Shown: piece by piece, positions 25,530 through 37,119 of the stretch
Layout of the letters: each line of letters starts with the position of its first letter
Position numbering within the stretch: the first letter of the stretch is position 1
Origin: Pristiophorus japonicus
Taxonomy: Eukaryota
Length of the DNA stretch: 64,000 bases
Direction of reading: 5' to 3'
Assembly: GCF_044704955.1 (NCBI RefSeq)
Contig: NC_091983.1
Span: 218,736,001-218,800,000, forward strand
Program-made: the position numbers and the translations under genes
Notes under the pieces: generated by a model
What the model saw: only the letters and a program-made list of their open reading frames with translations
What the model was told of the DNA's origin: nothing
Database searches by the model: none

Positions 25530-26078
25530 GCAGTACTCTAGCTGTGGCCTAACTAGTGTTTTATACAGTTCAACCTCCCTGCTCTTGTATTCTATGCCTT
25601 GATTAATACAGGCAAGTATTCCGTATGCCTTCTTAACCACCTTATCTACCAGAGGGTCCAAGGTCCCTCTGTTCCTCTTCACTTCTCAGTATCCTCCCTT
25701 TTATTGTGTATTCCCTTACCTTGTTAGCACTCCCTAAATGCATTACCTCACACTTCTGCAGATTGAATTCCATTTGCCCCTTACTGCCCACTTGACCAGT
25801 TCAGCGATATCTTCCTGCAGTCTACAGCCTTTTTTCCTCACTATCAACCACACAACCAATGTTTGTATCATCTGCAATGCCCCCTACTTTGAAGTCTAAG
25901 TCATTGATATATACCACAAAAAGCTAGTACTGAGCCTTGCGGAACCCCATTGGAAACAGCCTTCCAGTCACAAAAACATGCGTCAACCATTACCCTTTGC
26001 TTTCTGGCACTGACCCAATTTTAGATCCAACTTGCCACTTTCCCTTGGATCCTATGGGCTATTACTTTTGTGACCAGT

Positions 26079-26862
26079 TGGGGTAAAAAGAAGGCTTCTT
26101 TTCCTCAAGGTGGACTCCCTGATATAAGGAGTCGACACCTGCCCTCTCTTGTATAGCGACCATGGAATCACTCAGACTAAACCTTGGTTCAACCGGTTTT
26201 TATTCAAGCATGCAGGGGAAATGTTCTGATGAACACTTTCCCAATCAGAGATTTTACAATTACAATTATACAGTTTTTCGAGGTGTGCGACCCTCCTATA
26301 AAACCACCGCTTGGCTTATTGCTCAGACTGGCTGAGTGGTTCTCCCCCACCTGTCCATCTCCCATGGTGTCAACTTTGCCTCAGTTTCTCATGACATGTT
26401 GATTAACTTTGTTTTCCAGGGTGGTGTCTCCTTATCCCTCTCCCAAGAACTAGTCAAAACTACCAGTCAATACCATCCTGTTCCCATGCTGCTATAATCT
26501 ATGTTCTCAAACATTTGTGTCCTTGTTCTGTACTGGATATGTACGCTTCCCTGAGTCTGTTCTAAGGTTAATCCAACGGATGGTTCAATAACCATCAGGC
26601 ATTGCTGCTTCCCACTTCTTCAACCAATGTAAGCGAGTGTGTAAGCGTGCTTTACATACACAAGCGAGTTTTACATAATCGGTCAATATTACAATCCATA
26701 CCATAAGACAGAGGAACTCCTGATTCCTCAGAAACTCCTAATACTGATAAGCCCTTTTAATCTGGACCACTTTATGTGTCAGATCAATTCACTACCTTCA
26801 GTATCCCTATTCGTGACCCTTGGTCTGTCTCCACTCTAGTGACCGTTTTTTATCCCCTTACA
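26079..26862 (-). mobile_element. Solo LTR (ERV-like or Gypsy)
   Basis: The minus strand reads TGTAAGGGGATAAAAA...TTTTTACCCCA (imperfect terminal inverted repeat) with AATAAA near 26200. It interrupts the CR1 precisely; no TSD is seen. Confidence 0.6.
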
Positions 26863-26935
26863 CTACCATGTCAAAAGCCTTGCTAAAATCCATATGGACT
26901 ACATCAAACACACTGTCCTCATCAACCCTCCTTGT

Positions 26936-27560
26936 TTGGGGGGCAGAGGTTATGAGCTGAAATTGTTGAACTTGATGTTGAGTCCAGAAGGCTGTAAAGT
27001 GCCTAATCGAAAGATGAGGTGCTGTTTCTCGAGCTTGCATTGAGCTTCGTTGGAACAGTGGAGGAGGCCGAGGACGGAGAGGTCAGAGTGGGACTGGAGT
27101 CAGAACAGATGCGACGGGGACGGAGAAACTGGGAGAATGGAATAGAGTCCTTACAGGAAGCAGGTGGGAGGAAGTGTAGTCCAGGTAGCAGTGGGAGTCA
27201 GTGGGCTTATAGTGGATGTTGGTGGATAACCTATCTCCAGAAATGAAGATAGAGAAGTCGAGGAAGGGAAAGGAAGAGTCGGAGATGGAGCATGTGAAGG
27301 TGAGGGAAGGGTGGAAATTGGAAGCCAAGTGAATGAAATTTTCTAGTTCAGGGCGAGAGCAGGAAACGGCACCGATACAGGCATCAATGTACCGCAAAAA
27401 GGTGTGAAGGAGGGACCTAAGTAGGACTGAAACATAGAATGTTCCATATATCCCATGGAAAGGAAGGCATAGCTAGGACCCATGCAGGTTCCCATAGCAA
27501 CACCTTTTATTTGGAGGAAGTGAGTGGAGTCAAAAGAGAAGTTGTTCAGTGTGAGAATAA
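26936..27560 (-). mobile_element. Penelope-like element, internally deleted
   Basis: RT motifs FLQIKGVAMGTCMGPSYA, RYIDAC, FPFLD and YKPTD, plus a GIY-YIG C-terminal LGTLQPSGLN. Confidence 0.85.
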
Positions 27561-27739
27561 TGTGCTTGTTTCTCATCTTGTGTCTGGGTTTCTCACCTTG
27601 ATCGTGAAAATTACATATATACATAAATTTTAATTGCTTTAAACCCAGTTCACAAACTGAAGAGGGCGGGGGAACAGAAAGGAGAGGTGATGTCCTCACA
27701 CTTTAAGAAAAGTTCACCTGTATACTGGTAATCTTACAG

Positions 27740-27859
27740 AGTCAACAAGACATGCAGCGATATCAGCCTTTGGAAGACAGCAGGCTAACGGAGGCCAATC
27801 AGCTGATGGCGTGGTGGTTCCGAGGGAAGTGCCTGCAGGATGCGGGCTGGTGCATGTGA
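27740..27859 (+). CDS. TTLL15-like terminal coding exon E
   Basis: Acceptor atcttacag|AGT; 120 nt including TGA. Encodes SQQDMQRYQPLEDSRLTEANQLMAWWFRGKCLQDAGWCM*, with the N.LM..WF.GKC..D..WC C-terminal signature. Confidence 0.85.
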   Translation, partial: SQQDMQRYQPLEDSRLTEANQLMAWWFRGKCLQDAGWCM

Positions 27860-28068
27860 CGGGAAAACTCGAGACCGGAAGTTCCTTCAGCAACTTGGTT
27901 ACCAGCAATGAATGGAAGCATGGGACTCTACACTGGCTGTGACCGCTCCTGCTTATGGTCCAGGAAGTATGTCTCTCTCTCTGAAGCTTTTGTGACAGAA
28001 ACAGAGATATTTACAAGTATTGCTACCCGCAAACAGTTACAAAACTGCAGCATCCAACCAGCTGTGCT

Positions 28069-28340
28069 AACCTACCCCAGGACTGTAGAGTTACAACTGC
28101 CCCTGACTGATACCAACCTACCCCAGGACTGAAGAGATACTGCCCCTTTACTGGTGCCAACCCACCCCCCCGGACTGAAGAATTACAACTGCGCCTGACT
28201 GGTACTAACCTACCCCCAGGACCGAAGAGTTACATCTGTCCCTGACTGGTGCCAACCTACCCCAGGACTGAAGAGTTACAACTGTCCCTTACGGTGCCAA
28301 CCTACTCCCTGGACCGAAGAGGTACAACTACCACTTACTG
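28069..28340 (+). repeat. About 46-bp minisatellite (about 6 copies) in the putative TTLL15-like 3' UTR
   Basis: Unit aacctaccccaggactgaagagttacaactgcccctgactggtgcc. Confidence 0.85.
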
Positions 28341-29554
28341 CAGACATGTACCAAACTGCATTCACTATGACAAACCAGGGATAACTTATGACTGCCTCAG
28401 GAGCCAAATAGCTTTACATGAAGAAAACAAAACACAAACATTTACTGGTTCTTCCACATGCCATCTTCAAGGGAATCCAAATCAGGAATGGGTGAACCCT
28501 CCATGGTTCAATGGCAGCTGAAGGAAGTAGCTTACAACAGATAGCAGGAAGAAGGAACAAATCCTCTCCAGTACTTCCTCCAATGGAGCCGTGAATTTAT
28601 CTCGTCAGAAGCTTCGAGCCTCGATCCCTGGAGTGTGTCCAAACGTCAGTAGGGATGATGAAAATGCCTGTTAATTCAATCATTTTGATTGCTTGTAAAA
28701 TTTGAATTATCCAGTCATTTGAATTAAGTAATTTAAGTAAAACAGCACGGGAGTGTTAATTGCTTGAAAAAAATTGAATGAACAGATACCTTGAATTATA
28801 CAACTTTGAATCGAGAGGAGCTAACTGTATAGCCCGACTAGCGTTAGTTAATGCAAACCACAGGTTAGTGTAACTGTAGGACAATTTGTCCTACAGGATT
28901 CAGTCCTACAGGATTCAGTTCTCCAGTCTGTATTGTTGCATGAAAGAATTGATTTAAATTCAGCTATTGATGTGTAGAAAGTTGTCTCAATTTACAGAAA
29001 CATGATGGAGCTCTGCACAAATATACCATTACAGGAAACATTGCAGTATATTGTCTTTCAGACATTGTATTACTAAACCATGGCTGCAGCCCTCAATATG
29101 ACTGTGAGATGGATTTTGGGGAAACAACTGCAGGAGGAAGGTACTGGCATATCACTGAGCACCTGCAGAGGGAGTCAGCCTCTCGTGTGTCTTTGCCAAA
29201 CCTGGATCAAGGGATTGATGACAAGTAAAGTCTGGCACACAGCACTGGACTTGCATGTCTAAAATATCAACCTGTCTGCCACGTTGTAAAGTTCCTTTCA
29301 CTGTGCCAAAATTGGATGTCAGTCATACTGCTAATGAGGAACCTGCTGAGAGGCATTACCTGGAAGCCAGGTATATATGTAGAGCTTGGTACCGACTAGA
29401 GATAAACAGCTACTGCCATAGCTTTCCACCTCCGTATGATGGAACCAGGGTTTGAAGGGGTATGGTGTGTGTCCATGCCCTGATCACCAGGATGGTGGTA
29501 GTGCAGCATCTTGTGTTGAGTTGTGCTACTTACACTGTACATGTGAGGGGACCC

Positions 29555-32500
29555 TGTTGTGTCCTTACACACTAGTATAAATTCACACGAGGCACATTCT
29601 GCAGACAAAGTCACTCTGTGACCTAACCTTTATTCACAGGACCAAGAAGTGATGAAGGTGGGTGGAGCTTCCCCTTTTATACCTGAAAGACCAGGCTAGA
29701 AGTGTCTCCCACAAGTTCACGCCCTGTGGTCAAGGTGTGCATTTCTTAGGTGTATATAGTATGCAGTGTTGTTACATGAAGGTTACATACATGACATCAC
29801 CTCCCCCCCCCCCCCCCCCACGTCTTGTGGGGTCAAAGATTAAGTCCTTCGGGCGATCGATGCTCTCTCGTGGAGCGCAGCAGTTGGGGCTCTGGTTGTT
29901 GAGCCTTGGCATGTGTCTCTGTCCTCTGTGGTGATTCCGGCCTGTCCGGGCTGGCCGCAGGGACTGTGCCTGCTGCTGAAAGTTCATGTTGTGGTGTGGG
30001 CAGCATCTCATGATCTTCCTCAGGTCCCTCAGTGTCCATGCTGAACCTTTTTTTTTTACTTGGTCCAGATGCTTGCGGCATATCTGTCCATTGTTAAGTC
30101 TGACCACTATGACCCTATTCACCTCTTTGCTAATTACAGGACCCTCAGGCCACTTGGGCCCCAAAGCGTGATAAAAACAAATACAGTCATCGATTTCTAT
30201 ACATCTCCCTTTTGAGTTATGGTCATGGCACTCATTTTGGGACTGGCACTTGCCCTCAACAATGTCTGACAGGACAGGATGAATGAGGGACAGCCGAGTT
30301 TTTAGTGTACGTTTCATGAGTAGTTCCGTGGGCGGGACTCCCGTGAGCGAATGCAGTCGGGACTTATAGACCAGCAGGAGGCGCAATAGGCGGCATTAAA
30401 GGGAGGGTCCTTGAATCCGGAGCATGCCTTGTTTTATGATTTGGATCGCACGTTCTGCCTGGTCATTGGAGGCCGGCTTGAACGGTGCTGTCCTGACATG
30501 TTTGATGCCATTACCCGACATGAACTCCCAGAATTCATAGCGAGTGAAACACGAGTTGTTGTCGCTAACCAGGATGTCCGGCAAGCTGTGGGTCGCAAAG
30601 ACTGCACGCAGACTCTCCACAGTAGTGGATGCCGTGCACGAATTCAGTATGATGCACTCGATCCATTTCGAGTACGCATCAACAACAATGAGGAACATTT
30701 TTCCCATGAACGGGCCCGCGTAGTCTACGTGAATACGTGACCATGGCCTGGTGGGCCAGGGTCACAGGCTGAGTGGGGCCTCCCTGGGGGCATTGCCCAG
30801 CTGGGCACACGTCGTGCACCTGCAAACACAGTGTTCCAGGTCTGAGTCAATTCCCGGCCACCATACATGTGACCGGGCAATGGCCTTCATTAGCATGATG
30901 CCTGGGTGCTCGCTGTGGAGTTCTCTGATGAATGCTTCCCTTCCCTTCTGAGGCATGACTACCTGGCTGCCCCATAGTAGGCAGTCGGCTTGGATGGAGA
31001 GCTCATCCATCCCTCTGAGAAACAGTCTGACCTCAGGGCATGCTCCATGTGCGGGTGCCCAATCCCCAGTTAGGTCACATTTCTTAATCAAGGATAGGAG
31101 GGGATCTCTGTTGGTCCAGATTTTGATCTGGCGGGCTGTGATGGGGGAGCCTGCGCTGTCAAAAGCATCGACAGCCATGACCATCTCAGCGCTTTGCTCC
31201 GCTGCCCCCTCAGTGCTGCTGAGCGCATCAGCGTAATTTTCAGTGCCTGGCCGGTGCCGTATGGTTTGGTCATACGCAGCCAGCGTGAGACCCCATCGCT
31301 GTATGCGAGCTGACGCATTGGCATTGACAGCTTTGCTGTCTGACAACAGGGATGTTAACGGCTTGTGATCCGTTTCTAACTCGAACCTTCTGCCAAAAAG
31401 GTACTGGTGCATCGTTTTCACCCCGTAGACACATGCGAGTGCTTCCTTTTCAACCATCCCATATCCCCTTTCTGCTTGGGAGAGCGACCTGGAGGCATAA
31501 GCCACAGGTTGGAGTTGGCCCTCATCATTACTCTGCTGCAACACGCACCCAACCCCATAGGATGATGCATCACATGTCAAAACCAATTTCTTACAGGGGT
31601 TGTAAAGGGGCAATAGCTTATTGGAACAAAGTAGGTTCCGTGCCCAATTGAACACCAGTTCCTGACAGTCCCCCCAAAACTAATCGCAACCCGCAGGAGC
31701 ACGTATAGCGGCTCCAACAATGTGCTTAAGTTCGGCAGAAAGTTCCCGAAATAGTTCAAGAGTCCCAGAAATGAACGTAACTCTGATGTGTTGCTGGGCC
31801 TGGGCGCACGGCGAATCGCCTCCATTTTGGATTCGGTAGGGTAGGCCGGATCCCGTCTGTGGCAACCCTCCTGCCCAAAAACTCGACCTCTGGGGCCAAA
31901 AATATATATTTGGACTTCTTTAGTCGCAGGCCTATCCGGTCCAGTCGACGTAGCACCTCCTCCAGGTTGTGGAGGTGTTCCTCGGTGTCTCGACCAGTGA
32001 TAAGGATGTCGTGCTGAAATACGATTGTTCCAGGGATGGATTTGAGCAGGCTTTCCATGTTCCTTTGAAAGATAGCGGCTGCTGAACGAATGCCAAACGG
32101 ACACCTGTTGTAGACAAACTGCCCCTTGTGTGCGGTGATGGTGGTCAGTAGCTTGGATTCTTCGGCCAGTTCCTGGGTCATGTAGGCTGAAGTGAGGTCC
32201 AACTTGGTGAACAGCTTGCCGCCTGCCAGCGTGGCAAAAAGATCCTCCGCTCTCGGAAGCGGATATTGGTCTTGTAGTGACACTTGGTTGATAGTGGCCT
32301 TGTAGTCGCCACAGATCCTGACCGAGCCATCCGTTTTTAGGACAGGGACGATGGGGCTTGCTCAGTCGCTGAATTCAACAGGCGGAATTATGCCCTCTCT
32401 TAGCAACCTGTCCAACTCACTCTCAATTCCCCCCCGCATCACATACGGCACAGCTCTGGCTTTATGGTGCACTGGTCTGGTGTCCGGGGTGATGCGTATC

Positions 32501-32650
32501 ACAACTTTGGTACCTTTGAAAGTCCCAACATCAGGTTGAAATAGTGACTCAAATTTCTGTAGGACCTGTGAGCATGAACTTCGCTCCACAGATGAAATGG
32601 CGTGCACATCCCCTCCATTTCCAGTTCATCTCGGCGAGCCAGCTCCTCCC
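29555..32650 (-). mobile_element. 5'-truncated Gypsy (Mag-like) retrotransposon with pol and 3' LTR
   Basis: LTR 29555-29796 (tgttgtg...catgaca) and poly-G PPT 29797-29820. Integrase ORFs 29772..30386 and 30396..30707, RNase H/zinc finger 30762..31655, RT 31756..32283. No gag or 5' LTR. Confidence 0.92.
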
Positions 32651-32691
32651 GAAATTTTGCTGTACAGTGTAGCTGATCTCGGTACTGCTCC

Positions 32692-33700
32692 TTACAAGTC
32701 CTCCGCTGTTCCTCAATTGTGCCACCGTTTAGTCTGTGTTTCCAGTCTACTTTAGCCAACTCTGCCCTCATCCCACTGTAGTCCCCTTTGTTTAAGCATA
32801 GTACGCTCGTTTGAGACACTACTTCCTCACCCTCAATCTGTATTACAAATTCAACCATACTGTGATCAGTCATTCCGAGAGGATCTTTTACTCGGAGATC
32901 GTTTATTATTCCTGACTCATTACACAGGACCAGATCTAAGATAGCTTGCTCCCTTGTAGGTTCTGTAACATACTGTTCTAAGAAACAATCCCGTATGCAT
33001 TCTATGAATTCCTCCTGAAGGCTACCCCGTGCGATTTGATTTGACCAATCGATATGTAGGTTAAAATCCCCCATGATTACTGCCGTTCCTTTTTCACATG
33101 CCTCCATTATTCCCTTGATTATTGCCTGCCCCACCGTGAAGTTATTATTTGGGGGCCTATAAACTACGCCCACCAGTGACTTTTTCCCCTTACTATCTCT
33201 AATCTCCACCCACAATGATTCAACATTTTGTTCATTAGAGCCAATATCATCTCTCACAACTGCCCTGATATCATCCTTTATTAACAGAGCTACCCCACCT
33301 CCTTTCCCTTCTTGTCTATCTTTCCGAATTGTCAGATACCCTTGTATGTTTAATTCCCAGTCTTGGCCACCCTGCAACCACGTTTCTGTAATACCCATTT
33401 GTAATGATTTGTGCCGTCAACTCATTTACTTTGTTTCGAATGCTGCGTGCGTTTAGGTAAAGTGTTTTAATACTGGTTTTAAACCATGATTATTAGTTTT
33501 GACCCCTCCTGCAGCCCCTTTATATTCAAACATATTGTCCCTTCCTATCACCTTGTGGATTACCCCAGTGCTACTCTGCTCTGTTGCCTCCTGCCTTTTG
33601 CATCCTTTCTTGGGGTTCTGTTCACCTGAGCTCTCACCCACTCTAACTAGCTCAGAGCCCTCTCCTGGGTTCCCATCCCCCTGCCAAGCTAGTTTAAAGC
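32692..33700 (-). mobile_element. CR1 LINE APE-endonuclease fragment
   Basis: ORF 32499..33398 has ITETW, GGGVAL, GVVYRPP, MGDFN and TDH, and is fused in frame to Gypsy sequence. Confidence 0.88.
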
Positions 33701-33719
33701 ACTATCAAAACCACCCGCG

Positions 33720-34290
33720 AGAACATTGGTCGGGAGCGGCGAGGTTGGGAGCGGCGAGGTTGGGAGCGGCGAGGTCGGGAGCGGCGAGGTCCGGAGGTCG
33801 GGAGCGGCGAGGAGCAGAGGTCGGGACCGGAGATCGGGAGAGGAGAGGACGGATGAGGCACAGAGGAGCAGAGAGGTCAGAGCCCAGAGGTGGAACACCG
33901 TGACCAAGACCAAGGGAAGGCGCAGCACGGGCCAGTAGTGAGGCTGTGAGGTCATGAGGCTCACATTGCGTTCTATGAATTCCATGTTGAGAGAGGTCCT
34001 GTGGGAAGGAGGAAGGAAGGAGGACAGTAGGAGTATGTTGGAGTTTGTGTGTATGTATTGGCACATGCGGCTGAGCCTGGTCTCCAGTCGTCTTGGATCC
34101 CCTTGCCACTGGAGCAAGAACTTGCGCCGTCAAGCCCGTGTGGTGGCCGGTGTAGAACGGACACCCACGTTAAAAGAATTCATGCACCGCCATCTTCCAC
34201 CGTTTAAAATGAGTTCATCAGTCATGTGAGCACTCATTTTTAGTGTGGAAGCCATCCTCGACCCCGAGGGACTGCTAATGATGATGATTA
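33720..34290 (+). mobile_element. RTE-derived short element with 15-bp 5' tandem repeats
   Basis: (gggagcggcgaggtt)n at 33731-33810; tail gagggactgctaatgatgatg. Confidence 0.7.
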
Positions 34291-34292
34291 AA

Positions 34293-34760
34293 AAATGGAT
34301 ATAGAAGCACTGAAGAGGGTGAAGAGAAGATTTATCAGGATGATACCAAAAATGCGCGGGTACATCTATCCAGAAAGGGTAAACAGGCTGGGTCTCTTTT
34401 CTCTTGAAGAGAGAATGCTGAGGGGTCTTTAAAATTATGAAAAGTTTTGATTGGGTAGATACAGAGAGAGTGTTCCACTTGTGGGGAAGAGCATAACTAG
34501 AGGCCATCAATATAAGATAGTCACCAAGAAATCCAATAGGGAATTCAGAAGAAACTTCTTTACCCAGAGAGTGTTGAGAATGTGGAACTCGCTACCACAA
34601 GGAGTGATTGAAGCAAATAGTATGGATGCATATAAGGGCCTGTTAGATAAGGAATAGAGGGTTATGCTGATAGGGTTAGATGAGGAAAGATGGGAGGCGG
34701 CTTGAGTGGAGCATAAGCACCGACATGGACTGGTTGGGCTGAATGGCCTGTTTCTGTAAT
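34293..34760 (+). mobile_element. CR1 3' fragment
   Basis: ORF 34451..34657 has TRGH and RNFFTQRV. Confidence 0.82.
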
Positions 34761-35336
34761 CATCAGGGTGTATCCTTATAGGAATAGAGTGTCACTTGGC
34801 TGACTTAAAAACAGAATGATATAGCTGCCAGGGCATCCCAAGTAATTTCTCAAAAGATCTGCTGGGTAACTGATCTTCGAGCTGACACAGTCCTTCAGTA
34901 GGTAAATGCACAATGTAGAGTGTAGCTGATCTCTGGGGATCAGCAACGCTCCAAGTTCAATCTCTACGCTGATCTCGGCTGCACAACGGATGGTCATTAC
35001 AGTTTACATTTAGCACCCCTGGGCTGGGGAGGAGGGCAAAAAAAGTCAAATCGAGTTCCCACTGCTGATCCACGTCCTGTGATTGTGCATGTGTGTGTGA
35101 ACACCAGGTGAGAACAGGATTGGGCTCAGCTGTGATGCCCTCCACAGTTTAACAGCCTGTTGATGCTGACTGTTAGCCATTCTTCATATCTGAGCCTATG
35201 AGGTACTGGAGGATGGTTGGCACCTGTGAAACCATGACCTGCTCTGTCAGCACCCACAGGAAAGGAGGGAAGAGAACTCGGGGGGAGCTTTCAGTCTTTG
35301 TGTGTCTTCATCAAAACCTCTTCTGAAACCAAACCA

Positions 35337-35597
35337 TTACTGAGTCTGTTCAGGAAGTGGATGGTCAGTGGCTGTGTCATTAGTTGCCACCTTTATCTGG
35401 TCAGTACTTTCTTGGTTGTCTTCCACTCCTTCATTGATGCATGATACTGTGTGCTTGCACTCAGACCTGATGCTGACTCTTGACCTCTCCGCCGTGGTTA
35501 AACTCCCATATTCAGAATTCTGGAGTGGGAGATGCTGTCTCTCATTCATTTCCACCTTCTCCATGACTGTTATTTCTTGACCATCTTCATCTCCTTC
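35337..35597 (-). CDS. FAM177B: FAM177B-like terminal coding exon
   Basis: Acceptor ctttacttctag|GAA, in frame with ORF 35337..35564. Encodes EGDEDGQEITVMEKVEMNERQHL...EYGSL...TQ*. The NERxHL..EYG segment resembles the FAM177B tail more than FAM177A1; the paralog call is an inference. Confidence 0.75.
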   Translation of the reverse strand, partial: EGDEDGQEITVMEKVEMNERQHLPLQNSEYGSLTTAERSRVSIRSECKHTVSCINEGVEDNQESTDQIKVATNDTATDHPLPEQTQ

Positions 35598-35679
35598 CTA
35601 GAAGTAAAGAGCAGCAACACCTTCAACTCTGAAAAAAACCTGCATTAATTTTCTTGCTAATTTTCCAACCCCTGACCTG

Positions 35680-36975
35680 CCCCTTCCCTCCCCCTCCTTT
35701 CACCTTGCCCTGCCCTGCCCTGCCCTCCCCTCCTTTCAGCCTTCCCTCCCCCTCCCCTCCCCATCCTTTTTCCTTGCATCTGCCTTCCCTTCCTCTCTCC
35801 TTGCCTCTGACTCCCTCTCCTCTCACCCTGTCTGTCCCCATCTCCCTCCCTCTCCTTGCTCCTTCCCTCCCTCCCCTTCCTCTCTCCCTACCTCACCCAT
35901 CTCCCTGACTCTCCCTCCCTCTCCTGTCTCCCTGCCTCTCCCTCCCTCACCTGTCTCCCTGCCTCTCCCTCCCTCCCTCACCTCTCTCCCTGCCTCTCCC
36001 TCCCCTCCTGCCCCCTTGCCTCTCCCTCTCTCACCTGTCTCCCTGCCTCTCCCTCCCTCTCCTGTCTCCCTGCCTCTCCCTCTCTCACCTGTCTCCCTGC
36101 CTCTCCCTCCCTCTCCTGTTTCCTGCCTCTCCCTCTCTCACCTGTCTCCCTGCCTCTCCCTCTCCCTCCCTCTCCTGTCTCCCTGCCTCTCCCTCTCTCA
36201 CCTGTCTCCCTCCCTCTCCTGTCTCCCTGCCTCTCCCTCCCCTCCTGCCCCCTTGCCTCTCCCTCTCACCTGTCTCCCTGCCTCTCCCTCCCTCTCCTGT
36301 CTCCCTGCCTCTCCCTCTCTCACCTGTCTCCCTGCCTCTCCCTCCCTCTCCTGTCTCCCTGCCTCTCCCTCTCTCACCTGTCTCCCTGCCTCTCCCTCCC
36401 TCTCCTGTCTCCCTGCCTCTCCCTCTCTCACCTGTCTCCCTGCCTCTCCCTCCCTCTCCTGTCTCCCTGCCTCTCCCTCTCTCACCTGTCTCCCTCCCTC
36501 TCTCACCTGTCTCACTGCCTCTCCCTCTCTCACCTGTTTCCCTGCCTCTCCCTCCATCTCCTGTCTCCCTGCCTCTCCCTCCCTCTCCTGTCTCCCTGCC
36601 TCTCCCTCCCTCTCCTGTCTCCCTGCCTCTCCCTCCCCTCCTGCCCCCTTGCCTCTCCCTTCCTCTCCTGCCTCCCTGCCTCTCCCTCTCTCACCTGTCT
36701 CCCTGCCTCTCCCTCCCTCTCCTGTCTCCCTGCCTCTCCCTCTCCCTCTCTCACCTGTCTCCCTGCCTCTCCCTCCCTCTCCTGTCTCCCTGCCTCTCCC
36801 TCTCTCACCTGTCTCCCTGCCTCTCCCTCTCTCACCTGTCTCCCTGCCTCTCCCTCCCTCACCTGTCTACCTGCCTCTCCCCTCCTGTCCCCTTGCCTCT
36901 CCCTCCCTCACCTCTCTCTCCCCGCCTGTCCCCTTGCCTCTGCCTCCCCCTCCTCTCTCCTTGCCTCTACCTCCT
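35680..36975. repeat. Pyrimidine-rich 22-bp minisatellite (cctgtctccctgcctctccctctctca-like) in the last FAM177 intron
   Basis: Directly visible; it generates spurious ORFs such as 35856..36977. Confidence 0.95.
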
Positions 36976-37119
36976 AGTCCTTTCTCCCTGCACCTGTTGT
37001 GGTCATTCATCTCATTTGATGTTTTGAGACCTTGCTGCAAGCAAATTGGCTGCTGTGTTTGCCTACACTGCACTTCAAAAGTAATTCATTGTATGTGAAG
37101 CACTTTGAGGGGATTTGTT

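Larger units (their letters stand above)
24343..26935 (-). mobile_element. CR1 LINE split by an RTE-derived SINE and a solo LTR
   Basis: Segments 24343-24870, 25530-26078 and 26863-26935 are colinear (gaccagt|ctaccatg). Confidence 0.85.

Noticed and set aside
29061-29229. Possible alternative last exon of the TTLL15-like gene (tgtctttcag acceptor)
   Set aside because: In phase 0 it stops after four codons, and the longer open frame is phase-incompatible with no motif.
32499-33398. 299-aa endonuclease-Gypsy fusion ORF as a novel chimeric gene
   Set aside because: It is a chance in-frame junction of a truncated CR1 and a truncated Gypsy, and the downstream pol has stops and frameshifts.
35856-37098. 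Long ORFs of 373 and 360 aa
   Set aside because: They are translations of a stop-free CT-rich minisatellite inside an intron.
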